Shown here: positions 1 to 9,841 of the stretch, piece after piece
Position numbering within the stretch: position 1 is the first letter of the stretch
Layout of the letters: the number at the start of each line of letters is the position of its first letter
NCBI GenBank assembly: GCA_035251915.1
Contig: DATFDU010000102.1
Location: 1 to 42,390 of the forward strand
DNA length: 42,390 bases
Reading direction: 5' to 3'
Source of the DNA: Dongiaceae bacterium
Lineage (GTDB): Bacteria > Pseudomonadota > Alphaproteobacteria > Dongiales > Dongiaceae
The notes under the pieces: generated by a model
What the model was told of the DNA's origin: nothing
Seen by the model: only the letters and a program-made list of their open reading frames with translations
The model's database searches: none
Program-made: the position numbers and the translations under genes

Positions 1-2
1 TC

Positions 3-340
3 CGCGTCGACGAGCCGAGCATCGAGGACGCGCTCGTGATCCTCCGCGGGATCAAAGATCGCTACGAGGCACACCACCGCATCCGCATCTCCGACGCCGC
101 GATCGTGTGCGCCGTCGAGGTCGCCGCGAAGCACATCCCCGATCGCTACTTGCCCGACAAGGCGATCGATCTCGTCGACGAGGCAGCGAGCCAGCTCAAG
201 CTCGAGGCCGAGAGCGTCCCGGCGGATGTCGCCGCCGTCGAGTCGAACCTGGTGAAGCTCGAGATCGAGTACCGCGCACTTTCGTCCGAAGAGGGTCCGG
301 GCGCGCAGCACCGGCGCGACTGGATCGGCACCGAGCTCGT
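3..340 (+). pseudogene. clpB: ClpB-like AAA+ chaperone, internal fragment (end of NBD1 and start of M-domain), open at the window edge and broken at ~340
   Basis: Frame from nt 3 reads RVDEPSIEDALVILRGIKDRYEAHHRIRISDAAI...DRYLPDKAIDLVDEAASQLKLEAESVP..., a typical ClpB/ClpC segment. After ...WIGTEL it runs into antisense molybdoenzyme sequence and stops at 365. Confidence 0.85.
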
Positions 341-1435
341 CGGCCGGTTGGTGACGACGTCGTAGCCGATGGTCCGCACATTCTCGAGATCGTAGCAGGC
401 GAAGGCCGACATCGCGCCGAACTCCACCGGCGAACCCGCGAAAGCCCCGCCCTGGTAGCGCAACGTGGCGTCGGCGGCGGTGATCCGGCCGTCCCGGGTG
501 ACGCCGACCTTGACGTCGACCGACGTGCTCGAGGTGGGGCCGGTCGCCTTGAAGACTTCCTCCCGGCTCATCACGATCTTCACCGGCCGGTTGGCCTTGC
601 GCGACAAGGCGAGCGCCACCGGCTCGATGAAGACGGTGGTCTTGCCGCCGAAGCCGCCGCCGATCTCCGACGCGGTCACCCGCAGCTTGGAGATGTCCAT
701 GCCGAGCAGGCGCGCGCAGGTGTCGCGCACCATGAAGTGGCCCTGGGTGCAGACCCAGAGCTCGCCCTGACCATCGGGCCCGACGTTGGCGAGGCAGGCG
801 TGCGGCTCGATATAGCCCTGGTGCGTCGCCTCGGTCTTGAAGGTGCGCTCGACGATGATGTCGGCCTTCTTGAAGCCGGCCGCGACATCGCCATGGCCGA
901 ACTCGTAGCGGCGCACGATGTTGGACGGCTTCTTGGGCTTCGGCTCCACGCCGTCGGTGAAGATGGTGCTGTGCAGGATTGGAGCCCCGGGCTTCATCGC
1001 CTCGTCGACGTCGGTGACGTGCGGCAGCACCTCGTAGTCGATCTTGATGAGCTTCAAGGCTTCGTGCGCCGTCCGCGCATCGACCGCGGCAACGGCGGCG
1101 ACGGCATGGCCCTCATAGAGCGCCTTCTCGCGCGCCATGATGTTGTAGAGCACGTCATAGAGCGCGGCGTCGCCGTCGGTCTTGTCGGGGAAGTCGGCGC
1201 GCGTCACGATCGCCTTCACGCCCGGCAGCTTCTCCGCCTTGGCGGTGTCGATCTTCTTGATGCGCGCGTGGGCGTGCGGCGAGCGCAGGATGCGCCCGAC
1301 CAGCATGCCGGGCGCGGTGGCATCGGCGCCGAACCTGGCGCGGCCGGTTACCTTGTCGATGCCGTCCGGTCGCAACGGGCGGGTGCCGACGACCGAGAAG
1401 GCGCGCTTGTCTTGCTGGGTGCTATCGAGTGGCAT
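341..1435 (-). CDS. Xanthine dehydrogenase/CoxL-family molybdopterin-binding large subunit, N-terminal ~365 aa only (truncated at ~341)
   Basis: Motifs VVG..RPDGIDKVTG, LRSPHAHARI, HQGYIEPHA, IGGGFGGK. Family-like sequence ends at DVVTNRP, just before the expected AYRxxG loop. The computed ORF tail (146-340) is antisense clpB. Confidence 0.88.
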
Positions 1436-1437
1436 GA

Positions 1438-1914
1438 TCAGGCCCTCCGCATTTCCTGGGCAGCGTCCATGACGGCCCGCACGATCTTGTCATAGCCGGT
1501 GCAGCGGCAGAGGTTGCCGGCGAGGCCGAAGCGTACTTCGGTCTCGGTCGGCTTCGGGTTGTGTTCCAGCAGCGCCTTGGCGGCCACCAGGATGCCCGGC
1601 GTGCAGATGCCGCATTGCAGGGCGGCATGCTCCAGGAACTTGCGCTGCAACGGGTGCAGCTCCTCGCCATCCGCCATGCCTTCGATGGTGCCGATCTCGC
1701 GCCCGTCGGCCTCGGCACCCAGCACCAGGCAGGAGCAGGTCAAACGCCCGTCCAGCGTCACGCTGCAGGCCCCGCAGTCGCCGGTGCTGCAGCCTTCCTT
1801 GGCGCCCGTCAATCCGAGACGGTTGCGCAGCACATCGAGGAGCGTCTCGTCCGCTTCGCAGACATAGTCGACGACGTCTCCGTTGATCTTCGTGCTTACA
1901 TGAATCGAGGACAT
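1438..1914 (-). CDS. 2[2Fe-2S] small subunit of molybdenum hydroxylase (CoxS/XdhC-type)
   Basis: KEGCSTGDCGAC..C, QCGICTPG and GNLCRCTGY motifs. Confidence 0.95.
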   Translation of the reverse strand: MSSIHVSTKINGDVVDYVCEADETLLDVLRNRLGLTGAKEGCSTGDCGACSVTLDGRLTCSCLVLGAEADGREIGTIEGMADGEELHPLQRKFLEHAALQCGICTPGILVAAKALLEHNPKPTETEVRFGLAGNLCRCTGYDKIVRAVMDAAQEMRRA

Positions 1915-2775
1915 CTATTTCCCTCCTGCGCGCTTGCGCGCGATCTGCGCGGCCCGGCGTGCCAGGACGCCCGCCACCTTGACTCGGTACTCGCGCGTGC
2001 CGCGCTTGTCGTCAATCGGCCGGCACGCTGCGGAGCATGCGGCGGCCAGCGCATCCAGCGCCGCCTTGTCCATCTTGGTGCCGATCAGGGCCTTGGCCGC
2101 CTCCGGCACCAGCAGCACGGTCGGGGCCACCGCGCCAAGGCTGACACGGGCAGCCGTGCACACGCCCTTGGCATCCAGCGTCACGCTGACCGCGACACCG
2201 ACCACCGCGATGTCCATTTCCGTGCGCGGAATGAAGCGCAGGTAGGCATCGCCCGAGCGCGCCGGACGCCTGGGCAGCAGCAGGCTCTCGACAATCTCGC
2301 CCTTCCTGAGCGAGGTCTTTCCGGGCCCGACTGGCACCTGCTCGACCGGGATCGTGCGCTTGCCCTTGGGTCCGACGATCACCGCCTTGGCCGCGGCGGC
2401 GACCAGCGCGGGCACGGCGTCCGCGGCGGGAGAGGCATTGCAAAGGTTACCGGTCATGGTGCAGCGTCCCTGGACCTGCTTGGAACCAATGAGATTCGCC
2501 GCCTCGACCACGCCCGGCCAGGCCTTTTTCAGCCTGGCATGTTCGCCGAGTTCCGCGCCGGTGACCGCGGCGCCGATCCGGAACCCCCCGGCCGTTGTCT
2601 CGATTGCGCGGGTGGCGGCGATGCGCTTGATATCCACCACCAAGTCGGGTTCGATGAATCCGGTCCGCAACCGCACCAGAAGATCGGTCCCGCCGGCCAG
2701 CACGAACGCGCTGCCCTTCTCTTTCGCAAGAAGCGCCGCCGCTTCCTTCATTGTCGTCGGACTTTCGTATTTCAC
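1915..2775 (-). CDS. FAD-binding medium subunit of molybdenum hydroxylase (CoxM-type)
   Basis: LAGGTDL, TMTGNLCNASPAAD, PIDDKRGT.EYR motifs; GTG start with AAGGA RBS; abuts the small subunit. Confidence 0.95.
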   Translation of the reverse strand: MKYESPTTMKEAAALLAKEKGSAFVLAGGTDLLVRLRTGFIEPDLVVDIKRIAATRAIETTAGGFRIGAAVTGAELGEHARLKKAWPGVVEAANLIGSKQVQGRCTMTGNLCNASPAADAVPALVAAAAKAVIVGPKGKRTIPVEQVPVGPGKTSLRKGEIVESLLLPRRPARSGDAYLRFIPRTEMDIAVVGVAVSVTLDAKGVCTAARVSLGAVAPTVLLVPEAAKALIGTKMDKAALDALAAACSAACRPIDDKRGTREYRVKVAGVLARRAAQIARKRAGGK

Positions 2776-3000
2776 AGCAAATCCTTCGCGTATTTGGCTA
2801 TTTGACCACTGCTCACCTGAGTCCTTAGCACGGTCGCCAGCATGGCCGCCATACTTGGAAAGGCAGCCCGCTTTCCCTTTCCTTGCAATGCCGATATGTC
2901 CCTAACAGCTCGACGGTTATCAAGCTGGAAAGTCCTTCGGCCGAGACGTTCCGGCGTCTGCCACCTGAGCACGAATGAACCTTTCCGGACCCAAGATGGA

Positions 3001-3021
3001 GGCGGGATCAAGGCTCCCGCC
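3001..3021 (-). terminator. Hairpin downstream of CUT2 binding-protein gene (possible terminator or stabiliser)
   Basis: GGCGGGA-tcaaggc-TCCCGCC inverted repeat 24 nt after the stop; no clear U-tract. Confidence 0.4.
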
Positions 3022-3044
3022 CCTCGGCTCGCGACGGTGATCCG

Positions 3045-3989
3045 TCAAAATACGCTGTTCGGGTCGTAGTACTTGAACGCATTCTCCTTGGTGATGATGG
3101 GCGAAGGCAAAACCGTCTGGTGTGGCGGCTCGGCACCCGCCAGGATTGCCATCAGCCGGTGAAAGCTCGCGCGGCCGATCATGTCTGAGTTGTTGAGGCC
3201 GGTGGCGCCGTAGTTGGTACCGTCGGTCATGATCTCCTTCAGCGTTCCCTTTTCGCCGTCGACCGAAGTCAGGAACATTTCCCCGCTGCGGCCGGCGTCC
3301 TTGATCGCCTTCTGCGCACCCTGGCACATCGAGTCATTTTCGCAGAACACGGCGTCGATCTTGGCGTGCTTGGTGAGCATGTCCTCCATCAGCTTGAAGC
3401 CGCCGTCGACCGCCCAGCCGCCGAAGTCGGGCGCCTTCTCGACCTTGATTTCCGTCTTCTCGACCACCGAGAGCACGCCGTTGGTGCGGCCGAGGCCGAT
3501 GGAGTTGTCGGCCGGCCCGCCGCGCAGGATCACCAGCGTGCCCTTGCCGTTCAGCCGCTTGGCAATGTAGTCGCCAATGCCGGCGCCGATCGCCGCGTTG
3601 TCGGGGCCGATCCAGCTGGTGAACTCGCCGCCCTTCAGCATGCGATCGACCAGCACGACGGGCACCCCGGCGGACTTGATGGCGTCCAGCGCTTCCGGGG
3701 CCGCCTCGATCCAGGCGCCGCTGATGATGACCCCGTCGACCTTCTGGCTGAGCAGGTCCTCGACGTTCGAGGTCAGCTTTGCAACATCACCCTTGGCGTC
3801 GGTGGAGATCACCTTCACGTTCGGAAAGACCTTCGCCTCGTCCTTGATCGCCGCATCCATGCCGACGAAGTAGGCACAGCACAGTGACAGATTTACGATT
3901 CCGACCTTGATCTCCTTGGCTTGCGCCGCACCTGCCCAGGCTGACAGTGCCAGTGTGCCGGCAACCATGGCTTTGATGATCTGCTTCAT
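3045..3989 (-). CDS. Monosaccharide (CUT2, RbsB-like) ABC substrate-binding protein
   Basis: Sec signal ending AQA; PVVLVDR, IGPDN, VFCENDSM motifs; GGAGG RBS. Confidence 0.92.
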   Translation of the reverse strand: MKQIIKAMVAGTLALSAWAGAAQAKEIKVGIVNLSLCCAYFVGMDAAIKDEAKVFPNVKVISTDAKGDVAKLTSNVEDLLSQKVDGVIISGAWIEAAPEALDAIKSAGVPVVLVDRMLKGGEFTSWIGPDNAAIGAGIGDYIAKRLNGKGTLVILRGGPADNSIGLGRTNGVLSVVEKTEIKVEKAPDFGGWAVDGGFKLMEDMLTKHAKIDAVFCENDSMCQGAQKAIKDAGRSGEMFLTSVDGEKGTLKEIMTDGTNYGATGLNNSDMIGRASFHRLMAILAGAEPPHQTVLPSPIITKENAFKYYDPNSVF

Positions 3990-4010
3990 GAGTACCTCCC
4001 TTGCTTGTCG

Positions 4011-4964
4011 TCAGGCCTTCTTGCGCCTGGCCAGAACCGCGACCAGGATGATCAGTCCCTTCAGGAACTGCTGGTAATACGATTCAACGTTGAAAAGATT
4101 GAGGACGTTGTCGACCGCCGCCAGCGCGAGGACGCCGCCCAGAACGCCGATAACGGTCCCGCCCCCGCCGCCCAGAATGCCACCGCCGATCACGACCGCG
4201 GCGATCGCATCGAGCTCATAGCCGACGCCCACGCTCGGCTGCGCCACGCCCACCCGCGACGCGAGCAGCACCCCCGCCAGCGCGGCGAGGAAACCGGAGG
4301 CCATGTAGGCGGCCATGAGATGCCGGCGCGCGTTGATGCCGGCGAGGCGCACCGCCTCGGCGTTGACGCCGATGGCGTAGACCGCCCGGCCGGAGACGGT
4401 GTGATTGAGATAGAACCAGACGATCGGCAGGGCCATGCAGAACAGCAATGTCGGTACCGGCAATGGCCCGATGAACCCGCCGCCGAGCAGACTTCGGAAC
4501 AGCGGGTCGACGGGATATTGCGGTGTCTCGGAGTACATGTACAGCAGACCGCGCAGGCTGCCCATCGTCGCCAAGGTCGCGATGAAAGGCTGCAGGCGGC
4601 AATGCGCGACCAGGATGCCGTTCACCGCCCCAACTGCGAGCCCCATCGTCAGGGCGACCAGGATCGCGGCCGGCCAGGGCATATGCGCCTGGAGTCCGGT
4701 TGCCAGCAGACCGGCGAAGGCGACGACCGATCCCACCGACAGGTCGATGCCGCCGGTCAGGATCACCAGCAGCATGCCGAGACTGAGCAGCCCGTTGGTG
4801 ACGATCTGCCGCGACATGCTGACAAGATTGCGCTCGGTCAAGAACGTATCCGTCGCGATGCTGGCAAAGGCGATGAGCAGCAATACGGCCACAGCGAAGC
4901 CGAGGTCGGTCGCGCTCAATCCATGCGGCCGGTGCAAGCGCGCCAGTGGTTGGTTGTTATCCAT
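4011..4964 (-). CDS. CUT2 ABC permease (RbsC-like)
   Basis: ILTGGIDLSVGS, PFIATLA, GRAVYAIG.N.EA.RLAGI, YELDAIAAVVIGG; start revised to ATG 4964 with AGGAG RBS. Confidence 0.93.
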   Translation of the reverse strand: MDNNQPLARLHRPHGLSATDLGFAVAVLLLIAFASIATDTFLTERNLVSMSRQIVTNGLLSLGMLLVILTGGIDLSVGSVVAFAGLLATGLQAHMPWPAAILVALTMGLAVGAVNGILVAHCRLQPFIATLATMGSLRGLLYMYSETPQYPVDPLFRSLLGGGFIGPLPVPTLLFCMALPIVWFYLNHTVSGRAVYAIGVNAEAVRLAGINARRHLMAAYMASGFLAALAGVLLASRVGVAQPSVGVGYELDAIAAVVIGGGILGGGGGTVIGVLGGVLALAAVDNVLNLFNVESYYQQFLKGLIILVAVLARRKKA

Positions 4965-4971
4965 CGCGCTC

Positions 4972-6483
4972 CTAGGCACTGATCCGATCCGTCGAGATGC
5001 CGGCGGCGCGAGCGAACACAGTTTCCATCGACATCTCCGCTCTCGGCACATCCGCCACCAGGGAACCACCGCGCATGACCAGGACCCGGTCGCTCATGCC
5101 GAGGATCTCCGGCAACTCCGACGAGATCAGCAGGATGGCCAAGCCGGCCTCGGCCAGCTCCGCCACCATGCGGTAGATCTCGACCTTGGTGGCGATGTCC
5201 ACGCCGCGGGTCGGCTCATCCAGGATGAATATCCGCGTGCCATTCAGCAGCAGCCATTTTGCCAGCACCACTTTTTGCTGGTTGCCGCCCGAAAGCTGCC
5301 GGACAGGCTTCGATGTGCCTCTCGGACGAACCGCAAGCTCCTCGAGCTTGGCGCCGACGATCGCCGCACGCCGCCTCCGATCCAGGACGCCGAACCTGGC
5401 GACATTGCCCATCGTCGCAAGCCCGGCATTGTCTATGAGGTCGAGATCGAGTGCCAAGCCGTCGCGCTTGCGGTCTTCGGTCACGAACGCAATCCCGCTC
5501 CGGACGGCATCGCGCGGCGTTGCAATGCGCACCTTCTCGCCGGCGATCCATATCTCGCCCGCGTCCGCCGGCGTCGCGCCGAACAGCGCCCTGGCGAGAT
5601 CCGTGCGGCCGCTGCCGACCAAGCCGAACATTCCGACGACTTCACCGGCGCGCAGCGAAAAGGACACATCACGGAAGACCGTCCGGCGCGTGAGATTGCG
5701 GCACTCCAGGAGAGTCGCACCAAGACGGATTCGCCGCGTGGGATAGATCGCCGTCAGCGGCCGTCCGACCATCGCGCGGATCAGCGCATCCCGATCGAGC
5801 GCGCCGGTGGCAGCGTCCATGACCAGCTCGCCATCCTTCAGCACCAGCACCCGATCGGAAATCTCGAAGATCTCCTCCAGCCGGTGCGAGATGTAGATGA
5901 TGATCGTGCCGACGCGCGCCAGCCTGCGCACGGCCTGGAACAGCGCATCGGTCTCGTGCCTCGAAAGAACCGCAGTCGGTTCGTCGAGAATCAGGACCTG
6001 CGGTCTCCCGACCAGCGCCTTGGCAATCTCCACCACCTGCTGGACCGAGACGTTGAGCGTGGACACCTTCTGCCGGACGTCGATCGCCTCGATCCCCAGA
6101 TCACGCAGGACTTGGTCGGCAACCCGGTACATCTCCCGCCAATCGACCTGCCAGCGAAACCGGCAGCGCGGTGCCTTGCCGAGCATCATATTCTCGGCGA
6201 CGCTGAGGTGCGGCAACAGACTGAGCTCCTGATGCACGGTCGCGATCCCGCGGTCGATGGCTTCGCGCGGACCGCTCAATACTACCGCCGCGCCGTCGAT
6301 TGAGAGCGCACCGGCATCGGGCTTGGTCGCGCCTGAGAGAATTTTTATCAAGGTCGATTTGCCGGCACCGTTCTCTCCGCAAACCGCCAACACGGTACCA
6401 CGCTCGACATGGAACGAAACATTCAGCAGTGCGGCGTTGCCGTCGTAAGACTTGCCGATTCCGGTGACAGCGAGACTCTCCAT
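4972..6483 (-). CDS. CUT2 ABC ATPase, two nucleotide-binding domains (RbsA-like)
   Basis: GENGAGKST, ILDEPT, EDRKRDGL, LSGGNQQK, LDEPTRGVD; start revised to ATG 6483. Confidence 0.94.
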   Translation of the reverse strand: MESLAVTGIGKSYDGNAALLNVSFHVERGTVLAVCGENGAGKSTLIKILSGATKPDAGALSIDGAAVVLSGPREAIDRGIATVHQELSLLPHLSVAENMMLGKAPRCRFRWQVDWREMYRVADQVLRDLGIEAIDVRQKVSTLNVSVQQVVEIAKALVGRPQVLILDEPTAVLSRHETDALFQAVRRLARVGTIIIYISHRLEEIFEISDRVLVLKDGELVMDAATGALDRDALIRAMVGRPLTAIYPTRRIRLGATLLECRNLTRRTVFRDVSFSLRAGEVVGMFGLVGSGRTDLARALFGATPADAGEIWIAGEKVRIATPRDAVRSGIAFVTEDRKRDGLALDLDLIDNAGLATMGNVARFGVLDRRRRAAIVGAKLEELAVRPRGTSKPVRQLSGGNQQKVVLAKWLLLNGTRIFILDEPTRGVDIATKVEIYRMVAELAEAGLAILLISSELPEILGMSDRVLVMRGGSLVADVPRAEMSMETVFARAAGISTDRISA

Positions 6484-6509
6484 GATCGCGTGCCTGCTCC
6501 CTCCCGATA

Positions 6510-7586
6510 TCAAAGACTGCGCCCGTCACTGCCGAAAACGTGGATGCGATGGGCGGCAAGGCCTAGCCGGATCGTGGTCTGAGGCTTGCCCTGATATGTG
6601 CCCGGCAGCTCGACGGTTACCAGTTTGCTCAGGCCTTCCACGCGCGCATGCACCAGGCTGGACGCGCCGAGACGTTCGACCAGGACGATGCTGGCATTCA
6701 GTCCGCCCGTCTCGTTCAGCGTGAAGGCGTCGGGACGGATGCCGAGCTCGACCGCTTCCCTGGGGGAAAACCCCGTGCCTGCTGGGCGCGTGGCAATGGC
6801 CGGTCCGTCCGCCGTCAAGCGGAATTCGATTCCTGCACCCGCGGCAACGGCGGTCGCCGGGAGCAGGTTCATCTTGGGCTGGCCGAGAAAGCCGGCGACG
6901 AACCGGTTGGCCGGGTTCTCATACAGATCGAGCGGCGGCCCTTCCTGCTCCACCGCGCCATTGTTGAGGATCACGATGCGATCGGCCAGCGTCATCGCCT
7001 CGACCTGATCATGCGTCACATAGATCATGGTGGTCTTCAGCTCGTTGCGCAGCCGCGCGATCTCGACCCGCATCTGGGCGCGCAGGTCGGCATCGAGGTT
7101 GCTGAGGGGTTCGTCGAACAGGAAGACGCCCGGCGAGCGGGTGATCGCCCGGCCAATGGCGACGCGCTGGCGCTGGCCGCCCGAAAGCTGGCGCGGCTTG
7201 CGGTCAAGCAATCCCTCGAGCCGCAACACGGCGGCGGCCGCACGCACCTTTGCCTCGATCTCCGCCTTGCCGACGCCGATCATCTTGAGCGCGAAGCCCA
7301 TGTTCTCCGCCACCGTCATGTGCGGATAGAGGGCGTAGGACTGGAAGACCATGGCGACGCCGCGATCGGCCGCCGGCACCTTGTTCATGACCTTGCCGCC
7401 GATCATGAGCTCGCCCGCGCTGATCTCCTCCAGGCCTGCGATCATGCGCAGCAGTGTCGACTTGCCGCAGCCCGACGGCCCGACGAACACCACCAGCTCG
7501 CGATCGGCGATCGACAGCGATACGTCCCGCACGGCCTCGATCTTGCCGAAATTCTTGCTGATGTTCCTGAGATCAACGGCTGCCAC
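6510..7586 (-). CDS. CUT1 ABC ATPase (MalK/UgpC-like)
   Basis: [49 protein letters not shown]; GTG start at 7586 with AAGGA RBS. Confidence 0.95.
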   Translation of the reverse strand: MAAVDLRNISKNFGKIEAVRDVSLSIADRELVVFVGPSGCGKSTLLRMIAGLEEISAGELMIGGKVMNKVPAADRGVAMVFQSYALYPHMTVAENMGFALKMIGVGKAEIEAKVRAAAAVLRLEGLLDRKPRQLSGGQRQRVAIGRAITRSPGVFLFDEPLSNLDADLRAQMRVEIARLRNELKTTMIYVTHDQVEAMTLADRIVILNNGAVEQEGPPLDLYENPANRFVAGFLGQPKMNLLPATAVAAGAGIEFRLTADGPAIATRPAGTGFSPREAVELGIRPDAFTLNETGGLNASIVLVERLGASSLVHARVEGLSKLVTVELPGTYQGKPQTTIRLGLAAHRIHVFGSDGRSL

Positions 7587-7588
7587 GA

Positions 7589-7999
7589 TTATTCCTTCAC
7601 CGCCCACATTTCGATCTCGATCAGGTAGCCGGGCAACAGGATCGCCTGGACCGCCGTGCGCACCGGCAGCGGCTCCGGCATGATCTCCTGGTAGATGGCG
7701 TTGAAGCGTGCCCAGTGCGCAAGGTCCGCGAGATAGATGTTGACCTTGAAAACGTCGCCGAGGGTGCAGCCGGCGCTCGCCAGGCAGCCGGCGCAGCTGT
7801 CCAGCGTCGCCCTGGTCTGCTCCTCGATGGTGCTTCCGATCACGCTGCCGTCGAGGCCGACAGCAACCTGACCCGAGATGACGACGAGGCGGCGCGCGTC
7901 CACCTCCAGCACCGGCGAATAAGGTCCGGCGGTCACGTGCTGGCGGGCGCCTTCGGGCCGGCGCTTCAAGGGATGTCGGGGATCCGGAAGACCGCTCAT
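7589..7999 (-). CDS. RidA/YjgF/UK114-family imine/enamine deaminase
   Basis: GPYSP, ISGQ, KVNIYL, FNAIY, PVRTAV (catalytic Arg position), IEIE motifs. Confidence 0.92.
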   Translation of the reverse strand: MSGLPDPRHPLKRRPEGARQHVTAGPYSPVLEVDARRLVVISGQVAVGLDGSVIGSTIEEQTRATLDSCAGCLASAGCTLGDVFKVNIYLADLAHWARFNAIYQEIMPEPLPVRTAVQAILLPGYLIEIEMWAVKE

Positions 8000-8003
8000 C
8001 CGC

Positions 8004-8891
8004 TCACCCCTTGACCGCGCCGCCGATCAAGCCTTCGACCACGAAGCGCCACACCAGGACGACCAGCACCAGCGTCGGCACGATGGCGATGAAGATTCCG
8101 GTGTTGAGCAGGCTCCAGCTGACATCGGTGTTGCGCGCCAGCGCGGCCATCACGACCGAGACCGGCCGCGTCCGCGCGTCGCCGGACAGGATCATGGCGA
8201 ACATGTATTCCGAGTAGGACAGCATGAAGGCAAAGAGGCCGGTCGCGCCGACCGACGGCAGCGCGAGCGGCAGGGCAATGCGCCAGAAAGCCTGGAAGCG
8301 GCCGCAATGATCGAGCTCGGCGGCCTCGAAGATCTCCGCCGGGATCTTGCGGAAGAAGACCGAGAGGATGAGCACGGTGAACGGCAGCGCCTTGGCCGTG
8401 TGGACCAGGATGATGCCGATCTGCGTGCCGACCAGGCCCAGCCACTCGAGCATCATGTAGATCGGCGTCACCAGCGCCACCGCCGGTACCAGCGGCGACA
8501 GGATGAGATACAGGAAGCTCAGCTTCTTTCCCGGGAAGACGTAGCGGGCGAACACGAACGCCGCCGGCGCACCGAGGATGAGGTTGAGGATCATCGCCGC
8601 CAGCGCATTGAGCGAGGAGTTGACCAGGGCGCCGGGCACCTGCCGGGCCGCGTCCGAGATCATGGCGCGGTTGGCGCTTTCCTGCTGGTAGCTGTCCGGC
8701 AGCTGGCCGGTGAAGACGTAGCGATAGGTCTCGAAATTCGGCCCTTCGGTGACGATCGAATGGTCAGGGCTGAGCAGCACGCGATCCGGCACCAGGCTGC
8801 CGTAGAGCGACAGCAGCACCGGGCCGCCGGTGAACAGCAGGATCAGCGCGGCGAACGTGAAGGTCACGACGGGATGCAGCCGGCCGGGCAT
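8004..8891 (-). CDS. CUT1 ABC permease (MalG-like)
   Basis: Hydrophobic protein with EAA loop FRKIPAEIFEAAELD and C-terminal FVVEGLIGGAVKG. Confidence 0.92.
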   Translation of the reverse strand: MPGRLHPVVTFTFAALILLFTGGPVLLSLYGSLVPDRVLLSPDHSIVTEGPNFETYRYVFTGQLPDSYQQESANRAMISDAARQVPGALVNSSLNALAAMILNLILGAPAAFVFARYVFPGKKLSFLYLILSPLVPAVALVTPIYMMLEWLGLVGTQIGIILVHTAKALPFTVLILSVFFRKIPAEIFEAAELDHCGRFQAFWRIALPLALPSVGATGLFAFMLSYSEYMFAMILSGDARTRPVSVVMAALARNTDVSWSLLNTGIFIAIVPTLVLVVLVWRFVVEGLIGGAVKG

Positions 8892-8892
8892 C

Positions 8893-9771
8893 TCAGTTGC
8901 TCGCGAACAGGTCCGAAGGCAGCGCCTTCGTGATGGCGGCGATCAAGATTGCGGAAATGATCACGACGATGAAGGCGACCGCCGAACCGGCGCCGAAATC
9001 GTACATCGAGAAGCTCTCGCGCCAGATCTGGAAGCTGAGGAGCGTGGTCGCCGTTCCCGGCCCACCGCCGGTCATGGCATAGACCAGGTCGTAGCTGGTG
9101 AACGCGGTCAGCGCGTTGTAGACCAGCAGCACCACGATCATCGCCTTGACCTCAGGGAAGATGATGTAGCGGAAGCGCTTCACCGGATTGCGGCAATCGA
9201 TCGCGGCTGCCTCCAGGGTCTCCGTGTTGATCGCGGCGAGCGCCGCCATCATCAGGATGACAGCGAACGGAATCTGGGTCCAAATGTGGGCGGCCGCCAC
9301 CGCCAGCAGCGCGGTTTGCGGATTGGTCAGCCATGGGATCGACGCATCGATCAGGCCGAGATCGCGCAGGATGCCGTTGAGGATGCCGAAGCTCGGATGG
9401 AATACCCAGACCCACAGTACCGCCGAAATGGCGCCCGGCAACACCCATGGCAGCAGCACGACCGAGCGCACAATCTCGCAGCCGAAGAAGCGCCGGCGCA
9501 GGAACAAGGCGATGAGCGTGCCGAGAAGCACCACCGACGGCGCGGCGATCAGCGTGAACTGCAGGGAGTTGCGCAAGGCGTCGCCGAAGTAGTTGCTGGC
9601 GACCACGCGCTGGTAGTTCTTGAGGCCGACGAAAGGCTCGCCCGGAAACAGGATCATGACCTCGTGCAGCGAGGTCCAGAGCGCATGCCCGATCGGATAG
9701 ACCGTCATCAGGATGACCGGCAGCAGCGCCGGCAGCAGCCACAGGGCCGGAAAACGGTTGCTGGTCCACAT
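8893..9771 (-). CDS. CUT1 ABC permease (MalF-like)
   Basis: FVGLKNY, LLPWVLP, EAAAID, MTGGGPG..T motifs. Confidence 0.93.
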   Translation of the reverse strand: MWTSNRFPALWLLPALLPVILMTVYPIGHALWTSLHEVMILFPGEPFVGLKNYQRVVASNYFGDALRNSLQFTLIAAPSVVLLGTLIALFLRRRFFGCEIVRSVVLLPWVLPGAISAVLWVWVFHPSFGILNGILRDLGLIDASIPWLTNPQTALLAVAAAHIWTQIPFAVILMMAALAAINTETLEAAAIDCRNPVKRFRYIIFPEVKAMIVVLLVYNALTAFTSYDLVYAMTGGGPGTATTLLSFQIWRESFSMYDFGAGSAVAFIVVIISAILIAAITKALPSDLFASN

Positions 9772-9807
9772 GGATCGGGCGTCCCGCGGGAAGTCGGATG
9801 AGACCCC

Positions 9808-9828
9808 GGCGCGCGGCGACCGCGCGCC
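9808..9828 (-). terminator. GC-rich hairpin after CUT1 binding-protein gene
   Basis: GGCGCGCGG-cga-CCGCGCGCC perfect inverted repeat, intergenic, no U-tract. Confidence 0.6.
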
Positions 9829-9841
9829 AGGGCCGCGCAGC

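Noticed and set aside
146-340. Ser-rich C-terminal tail of the molybdoenzyme ORF as a novel domain
   Set aside because: It is the antisense reading of the clpB fragment beyond the junction.
341-2775. Aerobic CO dehydrogenase (coxMSL) or true xanthine dehydrogenase assignment
   Set aside because: M-S-L order alone is not diagnostic, the AYxCSFR loop region is absent, and no cox accessory genes are visible.
2776-3044. Small ORF (2772-3011), riboswitch or sigma54 promoter upstream of the molybdoenzyme operon
   Set aside because: No RBS or motif support, no recognisable riboswitch, and no convincing sigma54 (TGGCAC-N5-TTGC) match found by eye.
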